DNA from: Bacteroidota bacterium
GTDB taxonomy: Bacteria; Bacteroidota; Bacteroidia; AKYH767-A; OLB10
Assembly (NCBI GenBank): GCA_016713445.1
Contig: JADJPB010000001.1
Coordinates: 449,000 to 512,999, forward strand
Length of the DNA: 64,000 nt
Reading direction: 5' to 3'
This document shows positions 1 through 10,243 of the stretch, piece by piece. The translations under genes were made by a program, and so were the position numbers. Position 1 is the first letter of the stretch; every line of letters starts with the position of its first letter. The notes under the pieces are model-generated. The model was not told the DNA's origin. It saw nothing but the letters and a program-made list of their open reading frames with translations, and ran no database searches.

Positions 1-217
1 GCCGGACAAGGTGTAAAAGGATTCGATAATTTCTACAATTATGCCGATGCATTGTCACCATTAGGAAATGCACCTGCAGAAGCCTGTGCTGATTATTGCG
101 TCACGCTTTTTTCCGATTTAACCAAACACGTCACCATGCAAAATCTTTCCACGACGGCGGATTCTCTTATACCGGAGTGAGTCAGGAAGTGATGGAAAAA
201 ATGTTCCCGAATACGTA
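1..217 (+). pseudogene. fabI: enoyl-ACP reductase (FabI-like SDR), C-terminal part. The 5' end lies outside the window and there is an apparent frameshift near 145-155.
   Basis: Frame 1 reads ..GVKGFDNFYNYADALSPLGNAPAEACADYCVTLFSDL... After a short T run a second frame continues QNLFHDGGFSYTGVSQEVMEKMFPNT*. This fits the FabI C-terminal pattern (SDL..VTG....DGG). Confidence 0.45.
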
Positions 218-366
218 AAAAATGCATAACGTAAGGGCAGAAAATATTCTGTCCTTTAATTTATTGCTATTTACATTCAATAAAAAAGCCCGCTCCGAAG
301 AACAGGCTTTTTTTGTTTAAATAATTTATTTAATTCTGAATTCCTAATTCTTAATTCTTAATTGAA

Positions 367-2907
367 TTAAGATTCTTCCTTCTTCTTCTTTTGCTTTGGC
401 GGTTTCACAATGTTAATGCTCAACTGCTGCGTATCTTTTACCCATCCTAATTCGATGGTGTCGCCTTCTGCAAGTTGACCTTTGATGATCTCTTCTGCCA
501 TTGGATCTTCAATGTATTTTTGAATGGCTCTTTTCAACGGACGTGCTCCAAAGCTGGAATCATAACCTTTGTCGGTAAGGAATTCTTTTGCATCATCCGT
601 TAATTTTACTTTATAGCCTAATTCACCAACGCGCTTGTAAAGACTCTCTAATTCGAGGTCGATAATCTTGAAGATATCTTCCTTACTTAAGCTATTAAAT
701 ACCACTACATCATCAATACGATTTAAGAACTCTGGAGCGAAGGCTTTCTTTAATGAACTTTCAATCACACTGCGTGAATGCTCATCCACTTGATTGGCTT
801 TTGCAGAGGTTCCAAATCCAACACCTTGACCAAAATCTTTTAACTGACGTGAGCCAATATTAGAAGTCATGATGATGATGGTATTCTTGAAATCAATCTT
901 ACGGCCAAGACTATCCGTCAATTGTCCTTCGTCTAAAACTTGCAATAACAAGTTGAATACATCCGGATGGGCTTTCTCAATCTCATCTAATAAGACGATA
1001 GAGTAGGGCTTGCGACGAACTTTTTCGGTCAATTGTCCACCTTCTTCATATCCTACATATCCCGGAGGCGCTCCAATCAATCTGGACACCGCGAATTTTT
1101 CCATGTATTCACTCATGTCGATGCGAATCAAGGCATCTTGAGTATCGAATAAGTATCGACTTAATTCTTTAGCTAACTCCGTTTTTCCAACTCCAGTCGG
1201 ACCTAAGAAAATGAATGTACCAATCGGCTTATTCGGATCTTTCAATCCAGCACGATTACGTTGAATGGCTTTCACCACTTTCTTCACTGCATCATCTTGG
1301 CCGATCACTTTTCCTTTCAATTCTTCAGGCATCTGAATTAAACGAGCGGTTTCTGCTTGTGCAATTCGTGTTACTGGAATTCCACTCATCATGGCTACCA
1401 CTTGCGCCACATCTTCCACATCAACTTTGTAACGTTGGTTCTTTGTTTCTTCTTCCCAAGTAGCTTTTGCAGCTTCTAATTGTTCCAAGAGTTGTTTTTC
1501 AGTATCACGTAAACGCGCTGCTTCTTCGTATTTCTGACTGCGCACAACACGATTTTTCTCTACTTTAATATCGGCTACTTTGTTTTCAAGTTCGATGATA
1601 TTTTGTGGGACATGAATGTTCGAAATATGCACACGTGAACCGGCCTCGTCTCAAGCATCAATTGCCTTATCTGGAAGGAAACGATCGGTGATATAACGAG
1701 CCGTTAATTTAACGCAAGCGGCAATCTCTTCATCCATGTATCTTACATGATGCAGCTCTTCGTAACGCTCTTTAATATCTCCTAAAATTTCAATGGTCTC
1801 ATCGATAGAAGTAGGATCTACTATTACTTTTTGAAAACGACGATCTAAGGCACCGTCCTTTTCGATGTATTGACGATACTCATCTAAAGTAGTAGCACCG
1901 ATACATTGAATTTCTCCGCGAGCTAAAGCGGGCTTAAACATATTGGATGCATCCAAGGATCCGGAAGCACCGCCAGCACCGATGATCGTATGGATCTCAT
2001 CAATAAATAAAATCACATCCGGAGATTTCTCCAATTCATTCATCACCGCTTTCATGCGCTCTTCAAATTGTCCACGGTATTTGGTACCGGCAACCAACGA
2101 AGCTAAATCTAAAGTAACAATACGTTTATTAAATAAAACACGTGAAACTTTACGTTGGATAATACGAAGGGCAAGTCCTTCAGCAATTGCCGATTTACCG
2201 ACACCAGGTTCTCCAATCAAGATCGGATTGTTTTTCTTTCTGCGTGATAAGATTTGAGAAACACGCTCAATCTCTTTTTCACGACCTACAATGGGATCTA
2301 GTTTTCCTTCTTCAGCTGCTTTGGTTAAATCTCTCCCGAAATTATCGAGAACCGGAGTTTTAGATTTTGATTCACCGGGCTTCTTTTGTGAAGCACCAAA
2401 AGATGGACCTTCGTCGTCTTTTGAATACGGATCATCATCGTTGGAAGATTGTGGAGCTTCTGATTTGAAATTTGATTTAAATAATTCTAATTCTTCTCTC
2501 ATAATATCATAGGTTATTCCAAACTGATTTAAGATTTGAGTAGCAATATTGTCCTCATCTTTTAAAATAGCTAACAATAAATGCTCGGTGCCGATGATCT
2601 CACTTTTGAAAATTTTTGCTTCCAAATAGGTGATCTTTAAGGCTTTTTCTGCTTGTTTTGTAAGTGGAATATTATTGAGATTACTCACCGACCCAGCATT
2701 GCCTTTTACAGCATTTTCAACCGATTTTCGAAGTTCCACTAAATTAATATTTAACGATTTTAGGAATTTTATCGCCATCCCTTCACCTTCGCGAATGAGT
2801 CCTAACAATAAATGTTCTGTACCGATATAATCATGTCCCAGGCGTAAGGCCTCTTCACGACTAAACGTGATCACATCTTTTACTCTGGGTGAGAATTTTG
2901 CTTCCAT
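367..2907 (-). pseudogene. clpC: ATP-dependent Clp protease ATP-binding subunit ClpC (Hsp100 AAA+), interrupted by a single in-frame TGA at 1651-1653
   Basis: ORF 1651-2907 has Clp_N repeats, Walker A GEPGVGKS and IDEIH. ORF 367-1632 has a UVR-like segment, a second Walker A GPTGVGKT and DEIEKAH. Both are in the same frame, reading ..LPDKAIDA[TGA]DEAGSRVHISN.. Confidence 0.9.
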
Positions 2908-3260
2908 AAGGATGACTGCTTTATATAATTTGAACGTAAGGGAATAAAAAAAGTTTTAATGTGTGTTATTTTGGTAATTCTAGGACGAATAATCGTGTGA
3001 ATTATTGTAGTCCTCCCGGTGTAATTTACAACCATCTATGCTCGTAAACCAAACTTTTATTTAGCTTCTTACATAAATCTTACATTGTTAATAATTATGA
3101 CCGAACTTGTCCAAAAATATGCTACACTTTCGCTACCTTCGTGCATCATTGAAAATCTTTATCAACATCCTGATTAACAAAATTAATATACTCTTGTTCA
3201 GCACCTTGTTGCGCATTCAGGAAATCACTCAATAAATAAGATCTTACTAAAAATAATAAA

Positions 3261-5928
3261 ATGGCAGAAGGCGAAAAAAATCGTCCGTATTAACATTGAA
3301 GATGAAATGAAAACCGCTTACATCGATTATTCGATGTCAGTGATCGTTTCTCGGGCAATTCCGGATGTAAGAGATGGATTAAAGCCAGTTCACCGTCGTG
3401 TGCTTTTTGGAATGTTGGACTTGGGTGTGTTATCTAACCGCGCTCATAAGAAATCAGCAAGAATTGTAGGAGAAGTGTTGGGAAAGTATCATCCTCATGG
3501 AGATAGCTCCGTTTATGATGCGATGGTGCGTATGGCTCAGCCATGGTCTTTACGTTATATGCTCGTAGATGGGCAGGGTAACTTTGGATCGGTTGATGGT
3601 GATAGTCCCGCAGCAATGCGTTATACGGAGGCTCGACTTCGTAAAATTGCAGAGGAGATGTTGGCCGATATTGATAAAGATACGGTCGATTTCAGATTGA
3701 ATTTCGACGATACCTTGGAAGAACCAACGGTTTTGCCAGCAAAGATTCCTTGTCTTTTGGTGAACGGAGCATCCGGTATCGCTGTTGGTATGGCAACAAA
3801 CATGGCTCCGCATAATTTGACGGAAGCTTTGGATGCAGTAATCGCCTATATCGACAATAACGATATTACCATAGAAGAGCTTACCAAAATTGTGAAAGCT
3901 CCTGATTTCCCGACGGGTGGAATTATCTACGGTCATTCAGGGGTCAAAGATGCCTATGAGACAGGTCGTGGTCGCGTGGTAATTCGTGCCAAAACGTTGA
4001 TTGAAACTACCCCAAGTGGACGTGAGCGTATAATCGTTACAGAGATTCCTTATCAAGTGAATAAGGCGGACATGATCAAGAAAACCGCGGATCTTATCAA
4101 CGATAAAAAGATCGAAGGAATTAGTGATATCCGCGATGAGTCAGATCGTACCGGTATGCGTATTATCTACGAGATTAAGCGCGACGCGATGGCTTCGGTG
4201 GTGTTAAACCATCTATATAAACATACAGAATTACAGAATTCGTTCAGTATCAATAATATCGCCTTAGTTGGCGGTCGACCTATGATGCTGAATTTGAAGG
4301 ATATGCTCATTCGTTTTGTGGCGAATCGTCATGAAGTATTGATCCGCAAAACCAAGTTCGAATTGGCCGAAGCGGAAAGGCGAGCGCATATTTTAGAAGG
4401 TTTATTGATCGCTTTGGATCATTTAGACGAGGTGATTGCATTAATTCGTAAATCTCAAACTCCAAATGATGCGCAAGCAGGTTTGATGGAGACTTTCCAA
4501 TTGAGTGAGATTCAGTCGAAGGCTATTTTGGAGATGCGTTTACAACGTTTAACTGGACTTGAGCGCGACAAGATCAAAGCAGAATATGCTGAAATTAAGA
4601 AGATGATCGATTTCTATATGTCGGTGTTGGCAGATGAGTCGTTGAGAATGAAAATTCTGAAGGATGAGATGTTGGAAATGCGCGATAAATATGGCGATGA
4701 GCGTCGTACAGAGATCGTTTATAGCGCCGATGATTTGAGCATGGAAGACATGATTGCCAATGAGCCTGTGGTAGTTACCATTTCTCACTTGGGGTATATC
4801 AAACGTACTTCCTTAGATGAGTACCGGACTCAAGGCAGAGGTGGTCGAGGTTCTTCTGGAGCGGCTACCCGTGATGAGGATTTTGTTGAACATCTGTTTA
4901 TTGCAACGAATCATAACTATTTATTGCTCTTTACCGAGAAAGGAAAGTGCTTCTGGTTGCGTGTATTCGAAATTCCAGAAGGAGCGAAGAATACCAAGGG
5001 AAGAGCACTGCAGAACTTGATCAGTATTACTCCGGATGATAAAGTGAAGGCGTTTGTAAATGCAATGAATTTGGATGAGGAGGATTATTTGAACAAAAAC
5101 CATATCATCCTTTGCACGAAAAAGGGAACTATCAAGAAAACATTGCTCGAAGCTTATTCTCGTCCACGTCAAAATGGAATCAATGCCATCACCATTAATG
5201 AGGGTGATGAGTTGATTGAAGCACGATTGACCAATGGAACCAATGAGATTTTATTGGCCATAAAGTCGGGTCGCGCGATTCGCTTTAATGAGTCTACAGT
5301 ACGTCCAATGGGCCGTAACGCAGCGGGAGTAAGAGGGGTGAACTTGGACAGCGAGAATGATGAGGTAATTGGAATGGTTTGTATCGATACTACATCACCG
5401 GAAACTATCCTGGTGGTATCTGAAAAAGGCTATGGAAAGCGTACTGACATTGAAGATTATCGTGTTACTAATCGTGGCGGAAAAGGAGTGAAGACCTTAC
5501 AAGTAACGGAGAAAACCGGTCAGCTGGTTGGAATTAAATCGGTGGTGGATGGTGATGATTTGATGATCATTACGAAGAAGGGAACTACCATACGTACTCC
5601 CGTGGATGAGTTGCGCGTTATGGGTCGTGCCACACAAGGCGTGAAGCTAATTCGTTTGGATGGGGAAGATGAAATTGCATCCATTGCAAAAGTGGAAGAG
5701 CATCTCCTAAAAGCCATCGAAGAAGCAAGTGCTGTTGAAAGCGCCGAAATATTGGATGAAAATGGAAATGTAATCGTGAACGAAATTTCGAATACAATAA
5801 CAGATGTTGATTCAGTTAATGAAAACCCATCTGAGGTTAAGGATTCAGATGAATTGATCAACCCATCTGAAGGAAATGACGAAGCTTCAGGAGCCGATGA
5901 AACCAATGAAAACGACGAAAATAATTAA
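3261..5928 (+). pseudogene. gyrA: DNA gyrase subunit A, with a frameshift in an A run (about 3274-3280) just after the start codon
   Basis: The 873-aa ORF from 3307 contains [16 protein letters not shown] and GyrA-box/beta-pinwheel repeats. ATG at 3261 gives MAEGEK, and the next frame gives [26 protein letters not shown], the canonical GyrA N-terminus. Confidence 0.95.
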
Positions 5929-5955
5929 TCAAATTTAATTTATAATATATTCATT

Positions 5956-7101
5956 ATGAAACGCATATTGATTTTATTTGGAGTGATACTTTCACTTAGC
6001 GCTTATGGCCAAAAATCGGCAGTACAAACTGCATTCAACTATTTACGTTACGACGATTTAGACAAAGCCAAGGAAGCTATTGATGGCGCGGCGATCTCGG
6101 AATCTACGATTGGATACCCTAAAACCTGGTATTATCGTGGAAGCATTTACCATGCAATTTATGAGTCTACCAAACCCGAATTTGCTGCGTTGAAGCCCGG
6201 TTCTTTACATGAAGCCAGAATCTCTTATGAGAAAACGCTTGAACTTGACACGAAGAACGAGTTTAAAGATGATGTAATGAAACGTTTAGAAGTTGTAGCG
6301 TCACAATGCTTGAATACAGGTGTCGACAGCTATAAGGAAGGGAAATATGCTGACGCATTGAAATCATTCCAAGCATCAGTTGATCTCAATAAAAAGTTCT
6401 TTAAACGCACCGATACATTGGCAATTTACAATGCCGGACTCGCGGCTGATAAATTGGGTGATGTTACTACAGCCTTAAACAACTTCAAGATATTAACCGC
6501 TGCAAACTATGGAGGATCAAGGTTATATAGTATTATGGCAAATATGTATTTGGATCAAAAAGATACAGCTAATGCTTTATTAACCATTAATGAAGGACGC
6601 CAGAAGTTTCCGGAGGATGGAACCTTAATTACGCAAGGACTCAATATTTATTTGAGTAGCGGACGTGATTTAGAAGCCTATACGCAAAACGAAGAAGCCA
6701 TTAAAGCGGATCCCAGTAATGCGGTCTTGTACTATATTAAAGGAACTTTAGCGGATAAGTTAGGAAAGATGGAAGAAGCAGTAACCGCTTATAAGAAGTC
6801 TATCGAGCTCAAAGCTGATTACTTTGATGCCGTTTACAATCTAGGAGCCATGTATTTTAATGACGGTGCTGAAATGGCTAATAAAGCGAATAAAATTCCA
6901 GCCAATAAGGTAGCGGAGTATGATGCAGCGAAGAAGAAGTTCGAAGCTAAATTCAAGGAAGCATTACCATATTTGGAAAAGGCTCACCAGCTTAATTCAA
7001 CTGACAAAGCAACCATGGAAAGTTTGCGACAATTGTACGCCAGACTGGGTGATTTAGTCAAGTCGGGTGAGATGAAAAAGAAATTAGAAGGAACTAAGTA
7101 A
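5956..7101 (+). CDS. TPR-repeat protein with N-terminal signal peptide
   Basis: 381-aa ORF with signal-like MKRILILFGVILSLSAYGQ. Repeated TPR-like helices are present (A..Y..AL.LD, YYIKGTLADKLGKMEEAVTAYKKSIELKADY). Confidence 0.75.
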   Translation: MKRILILFGVILSLSAYGQKSAVQTAFNYLRYDDLDKAKEAIDGAAISESTIGYPKTWYYRGSIYHAIYESTKPEFAALKPGSLHEARISYEKTLELDTKNEFKDDVMKRLEVVASQCLNTGVDSYKEGKYADALKSFQASVDLNKKFFKRTDTLAIYNAGLAADKLGDVTTALNNFKILTAANYGGSRLYSIMANMYLDQKDTANALLTINEGRQKFPEDGTLITQGLNIYLSSGRDLEAYTQNEEAIKADPSNAVLYYIKGTLADKLGKMEEAVTAYKKSIELKADYFDAVYNLGAMYFNDGAEMANKANKIPANKVAEYDAAKKKFEAKFKEALPYLEKAHQLNSTDKATMESLRQLYARLGDLVKSGEMKKKLEGTK

Positions 7102-7107
7102 AATGAA

Positions 7108-7134
7108 GAAAAAGGGGACATAGTCCTCTTTTTC
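7108..7134 (+). terminator. hairpin downstream of the TPR gene
   Basis: gaaaaagggga-catag-tcctctttttc is an imperfect 11-bp stem lying 7 nt after the stop codon. Confidence 0.45.
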
Positions 7135-7687
7135 AGTTATATACTACTTAACATAATATATAATATAAAACAAACTAATCTAAAAAGATTAGCCCGTTGT
7201 TATATTACATTTTATGATAAATAGCCACACATTAGGGATGGATATTTCGTCTTGGTTAACATAATCTTTTCGCCTCACCTCTTACCGTATTGGGGTGGTT
7301 CATCGAAAAGATTTTATGTTAAGTTTTTTGTAGATTTGTAAATAGTGGAAAAAAAAGGCAAGTAGCCCTTAAGAGCCTAAGCCAAAACTACTTTAGATAG
7401 ACGCGAACTAGTACTTAACTCTAGAAAAGATTCTATTCTGAAACTTCACCTCATTAAATGCTTTTAGAATAGCGGAATCACATCTAAGATATTCTCCTGA
7501 CGTTGCATCAGCCATAAATTCCGTTAGATGACCAGTTGACCTTCAGTGTCTTGAACATTCGTAACCACTTCGGTTTTGGGGGCAACTTGAAAATAAATCA
7601 GCGCACAACCTAAGCTATGTTAAGTCATAAAATCGTACATTATAGAACAGATATTAAGTTAACTGCTTAATAAGGGGTGTTCGAATT

Positions 7688-8010
7688 AGGCAGTTCGATC
7701 GAGGATTTTTTAAACCTGCCTGCAGCAGGCAGGCGCAACGATCGTAACGTTCAGCTTAGGCAGTTCGATCGAGGATTCTTTAAACGCAACGATCGCAACG
7801 TTCAGCTTAGGCAGTTCGATCGAGGATTCTTTAAACGTAACGATCGCAACGTTCAGCTAGGCAGTTCGATCGAGGATTCTTTAAACGTAACGATCGCAAC
7901 GTTCAAGGCAGTTCGATCGAGGATTCTTTAAACGCAACGATCGCAACGTTCAGCTTCAGGCAGTTCGATCGAGGATTCTTTAAACGTAACGATCGCAACG
8001 TTCAGCAACG
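7688..8010. repeat. tandem direct repeat, six copies of a ~47-53-bp unit (aggcagttcgatcgaggattctttaaacgYaacgatcgYaacgttcagctt)
   Basis: Read directly: copies start near 7688, 7758, 7809, 7859, 7906 and 7958. Copy 1 carries an extra 19-nt palindrome at 7715-7733. There are no unique spacers. Confidence 0.9.
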
Positions 8011-8165
8011 TTCGCAGAGGTTTTTCATATGATCTTATCTAACATCTAATCGCGATGACTCGCGACTAACCTCAAGTGTCCTCGTATGTTCTCAAGTGGC
8101 TCTAGTGTTAAAATCCGCTTCTCTAATCGAAGGACAATAAAAGACCTATCAATTCTGAATTCTTA

Positions 8166-8230
8166 TCCCGATAGACTTCGGCGAGAGCTCAGTCGAACGC
8201 TATCGGGACTGAATCCGATAGCTATCGGAT
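8166..8230. repeat. two adjacent palindromic hairpins (tcccgatag..ctatcggga, and the perfect 18-nt atccgatagctatcggat)
   Basis: Read directly. They are flanked on both sides by aattctN heptad words (8151-8165 and 8231-8272). Confidence 0.8.
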
Positions 8231-8270
8231 CTTAATTCTTAATTCTTAATTCCTAATTCTTAATTCTGAA

Positions 8271-8666
8271 TTAACCTTCCGCTGCCATCGGCATCAACTT
8301 CGCTTTTCGAGTCTTTTTATTATACTGCTTTGTGATAATCCTTACCTGATTTTCAACATCGAACTCCACGCCAAAATCATAGCAAAACCGTTGCGTATGA
8401 TTCGTCAGAACCATCTCTTCTGTAAAGAACTGCCAATCGTAGCCATGATAAATCAGTTCGTCACGGTTAAATACGGTTTCTTTTCCTTTAGACAGTTCTG
8501 CCAAGATAAACCGGTTCTTCCGAAGCTTATGGTTCACATGTCGGATTAAGGCATTTCGATAGCCATTAAACTTATTGTGGTGCGCGTTCCGACACATATC
8601 GGAACAAAACTTCTTGTCGGATCTACCTGTAATAAGGTCTCCGCATTCATTACATTTTTTTGTCAT
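8271..8666 (-). CDS. hypothetical protein with N-terminal 4-Cys zinc ribbon
   Basis: 131-aa ORF. The N-terminus CNECGDLITGRSDKKFCSDMCRNAHHN has CxxC..CxxxC. The rest has no recognisable motif. Confidence 0.6.
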   Translation of the reverse strand: MTKKCNECGDLITGRSDKKFCSDMCRNAHHNKFNGYRNALIRHVNHKLRKNRFILAELSKGKETVFNRDELIYHGYDWQFFTEEMVLTNHTQRFCYDFGVEFDVENQVRIITKQYNKKTRKAKLMPMAAEG

Positions 8667-9222
8667 TATAGAGCTATTTAAAAGTTAATATGCTTAGCAA
8701 ATGCTGTCTCTGGGTGTTTGAAAAATTTCCCAAGAATGAAGAACGAAGTGCTAAAGTAATACGGATTTAATTTTTTCCAAATTTCAACCAAGTCAAAAGC
8801 AATACTTTTTGTGTTAAATTACTAAATAGTAGATAGTTAAATGATTAAACTTAAGTGGTTTTAAACATTTGCAAATGGAATTTTAGTTTCTGATTAAGGC
8901 TTTTCCTGAATACTCAAATTACAGTTTAAACGCTGCGGTAGCAACGTCCCGAAACTTCGGGAAGTAACCGTCGCAGCGGTTTTTTATTGATCATTCTGTT
9001 TAAATCTTTCAAAAAAAACTAGCGGCTTGAAGCTAGAAGCTTGCAGCCACCCTATAGCGTTCGACAAGCACTATTTACAAAAAATCCCCTTCGTACCAAT
9101 TTGCAAACACTTTTAGTCGACTATAAATGTTTATTTACCGACTAATTGAAACCCCCTACTCCATCTTTGCATCGTCGACACCGCCATGGCCTGGCAACTA
9201 ACTATAAAACCAAAAGAAAAAA

Positions 9223-9584
9223 ATGAACTCATTAAAAAACAAAGTCAACTTGATTGGCAACCTCGGGTTCAATCCCGAAATCAAAATGTTGGACAGCGGC
9301 AAGAAACACGCTAAAGTGACCATCGCCACCAACGAATCGTACCGCAACGCCAAAGGCGAACGCATAACCGATACCCAATGGCATAATTTGGTAGCGTTCG
9401 GAAAGACGGCTGAAATTATGGAGCGCTTCACCAAAGTGGGAAGCAAGATCGCCCTCGAGGGCAAGCTGGTGAGCAGAAGCTACACCGACAAACAAGGACA
9501 AAAAAATACATCACGGAAGTGCAGGTAAACGAAATCCTGGTCCTAAGCAACTTCAACGACGAAGAATCCGAAGTGGAGAACTAA
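9223..9584 (+). pseudogene. ssb: single-stranded DNA-binding protein, frameshifted in an A run (about 9500-9506)
   Basis: An OB-fold SSB pattern is present (NKVNLIGNLG..PE.., TQWHNLVAFGKTAE, GSKIALEGKLVSRSYTDKQGQK). The adjacent frame continues KYITEVQVNEILVLSNFNDEESEVEN*. Confidence 0.85.
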
Positions 9585-9608
9585 ACCCTTGCTTTGCAGA
9601 TGAAAAAA

Positions 9609-9636
9609 CCGCCCACTTCGTGTGGCGGTTTTTTTG
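9609..9636 (+). terminator. rho-independent terminator after ssb
   Basis: The hairpin ccgcccac-ttcg-tgtggcgg is followed by a run of about 7 T. Confidence 0.65.
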
Positions 9637-9853
9637 TGAAATTATGTTCGGTTGGAGCATAGTGGGAATTGCAAATTGGTGAGTTGGTGAATTAGGCAAA
9701 GCCGCGACAAAATTTTGCTTCCGCTGCTACCGCTGCAAAACTTTGCGGTCGCTGCGTTTAAGTTCGGTAATTATTATTGAACCGAAACACTAATTACAAA
9801 TTAAACTTTTTAAATGTTACCTAATTAGCTAACTTTGTAAAAATCATTTTACC

Positions 9854-10159
9854 ATGAAAACAAAGAATCCTAACCTCACTTCGTTCACGCAACATTTAGA
9901 TTCCCAATATGGAAAAAGAGGAACCAAAAAACGCGAGCAATATGAGCAAGAATTTGAAGCTTTCAAATTAGGCGTCATGCTCCAAGACTTAAGAAAGGAA
10001 ATAGGTCTCACACAAGAGCAATTAGCTCAAAAATGTGGCACTACAAAAACGTATATCTCGCGCATCGAAAACGACGCGAGCGATATTCGTCTCACTACTC
10101 TCATGCGTATTGTAAGCGAAGGACTAGGCGGTAGATTGCGGTTTTGGGTGGAGAAATAG
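9854..10159 (+). CDS. XRE-family HTH protein, HigA-like antitoxin paralogue with no adjacent toxin gene
   Basis: The HTH reads GLTQEQLAQKCGTTKTYISRIENDASDIRLTTLMRIV. The architecture matches ORF 12615-12920. Confidence 0.8.
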   Translation: MKTKNPNLTSFTQHLDSQYGKRGTKKREQYEQEFEAFKLGVMLQDLRKEIGLTQEQLAQKCGTTKTYISRIENDASDIRLTTLMRIVSEGLGGRLRFWVEK

Positions 10160-10243
10160 GATAAAATAATAAGTGTGTTTCAATAGAGCGACAAATATTT
10201 CTTAAATTCATCCATATTTTCAAATAATCACCTCCCTTTTCAT

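Noticed and set aside
1651-1653. The in-frame TGA in clpC as selenocysteine or a reassigned codon (prompted by selD nearby)
   Set aside because: As far as I recall the family, the position is an aliphatic residue in ClpC homologues, not Cys/Sec. I see no obvious stem-loop immediately downstream resembling a bacterial SECIS. selD is paired with selU (the tRNA selenouridine trait), not with Sec machinery. Other genes in the window terminate with TGA.
7677-7931. 84-aa ORF in the track (repetitive ..NDRNVQLRQFDRGFFKR..)
   Set aside because: It is simply the translation of the tandem DNA repeat. The same applies to ORFs 12851-13078, 12909-13130 and 12931-13176 (36-nt hairpin units). It also applies to 42454-42684 and 42483-42701 (cgaaatgcgaa units) and to 24064-24381 (SHSLSHSLSHS from the CT-rich repeat).
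7688-8010. Possible CRISPR array
   Set aside because: The ~50-bp units are directly contiguous with no unique spacers. The repeat is longer than CRISPR repeats. No cas genes are present in the window.
9255-9275. A tRNA T-loop-like string (ggttcaatccc), and a search for tRNA or tmRNA genes at the island borders
   Set aside because: The string lies inside the ssb coding sequence with no acceptor or anticodon arms around it. I found no cloverleaf-compatible sequence, no GGGGCTGA...TCCACCA tmRNA ends and no rRNA-like segments anywhere in the window. This was done by eye only; a tRNAscan/Infernal run would be definitive.
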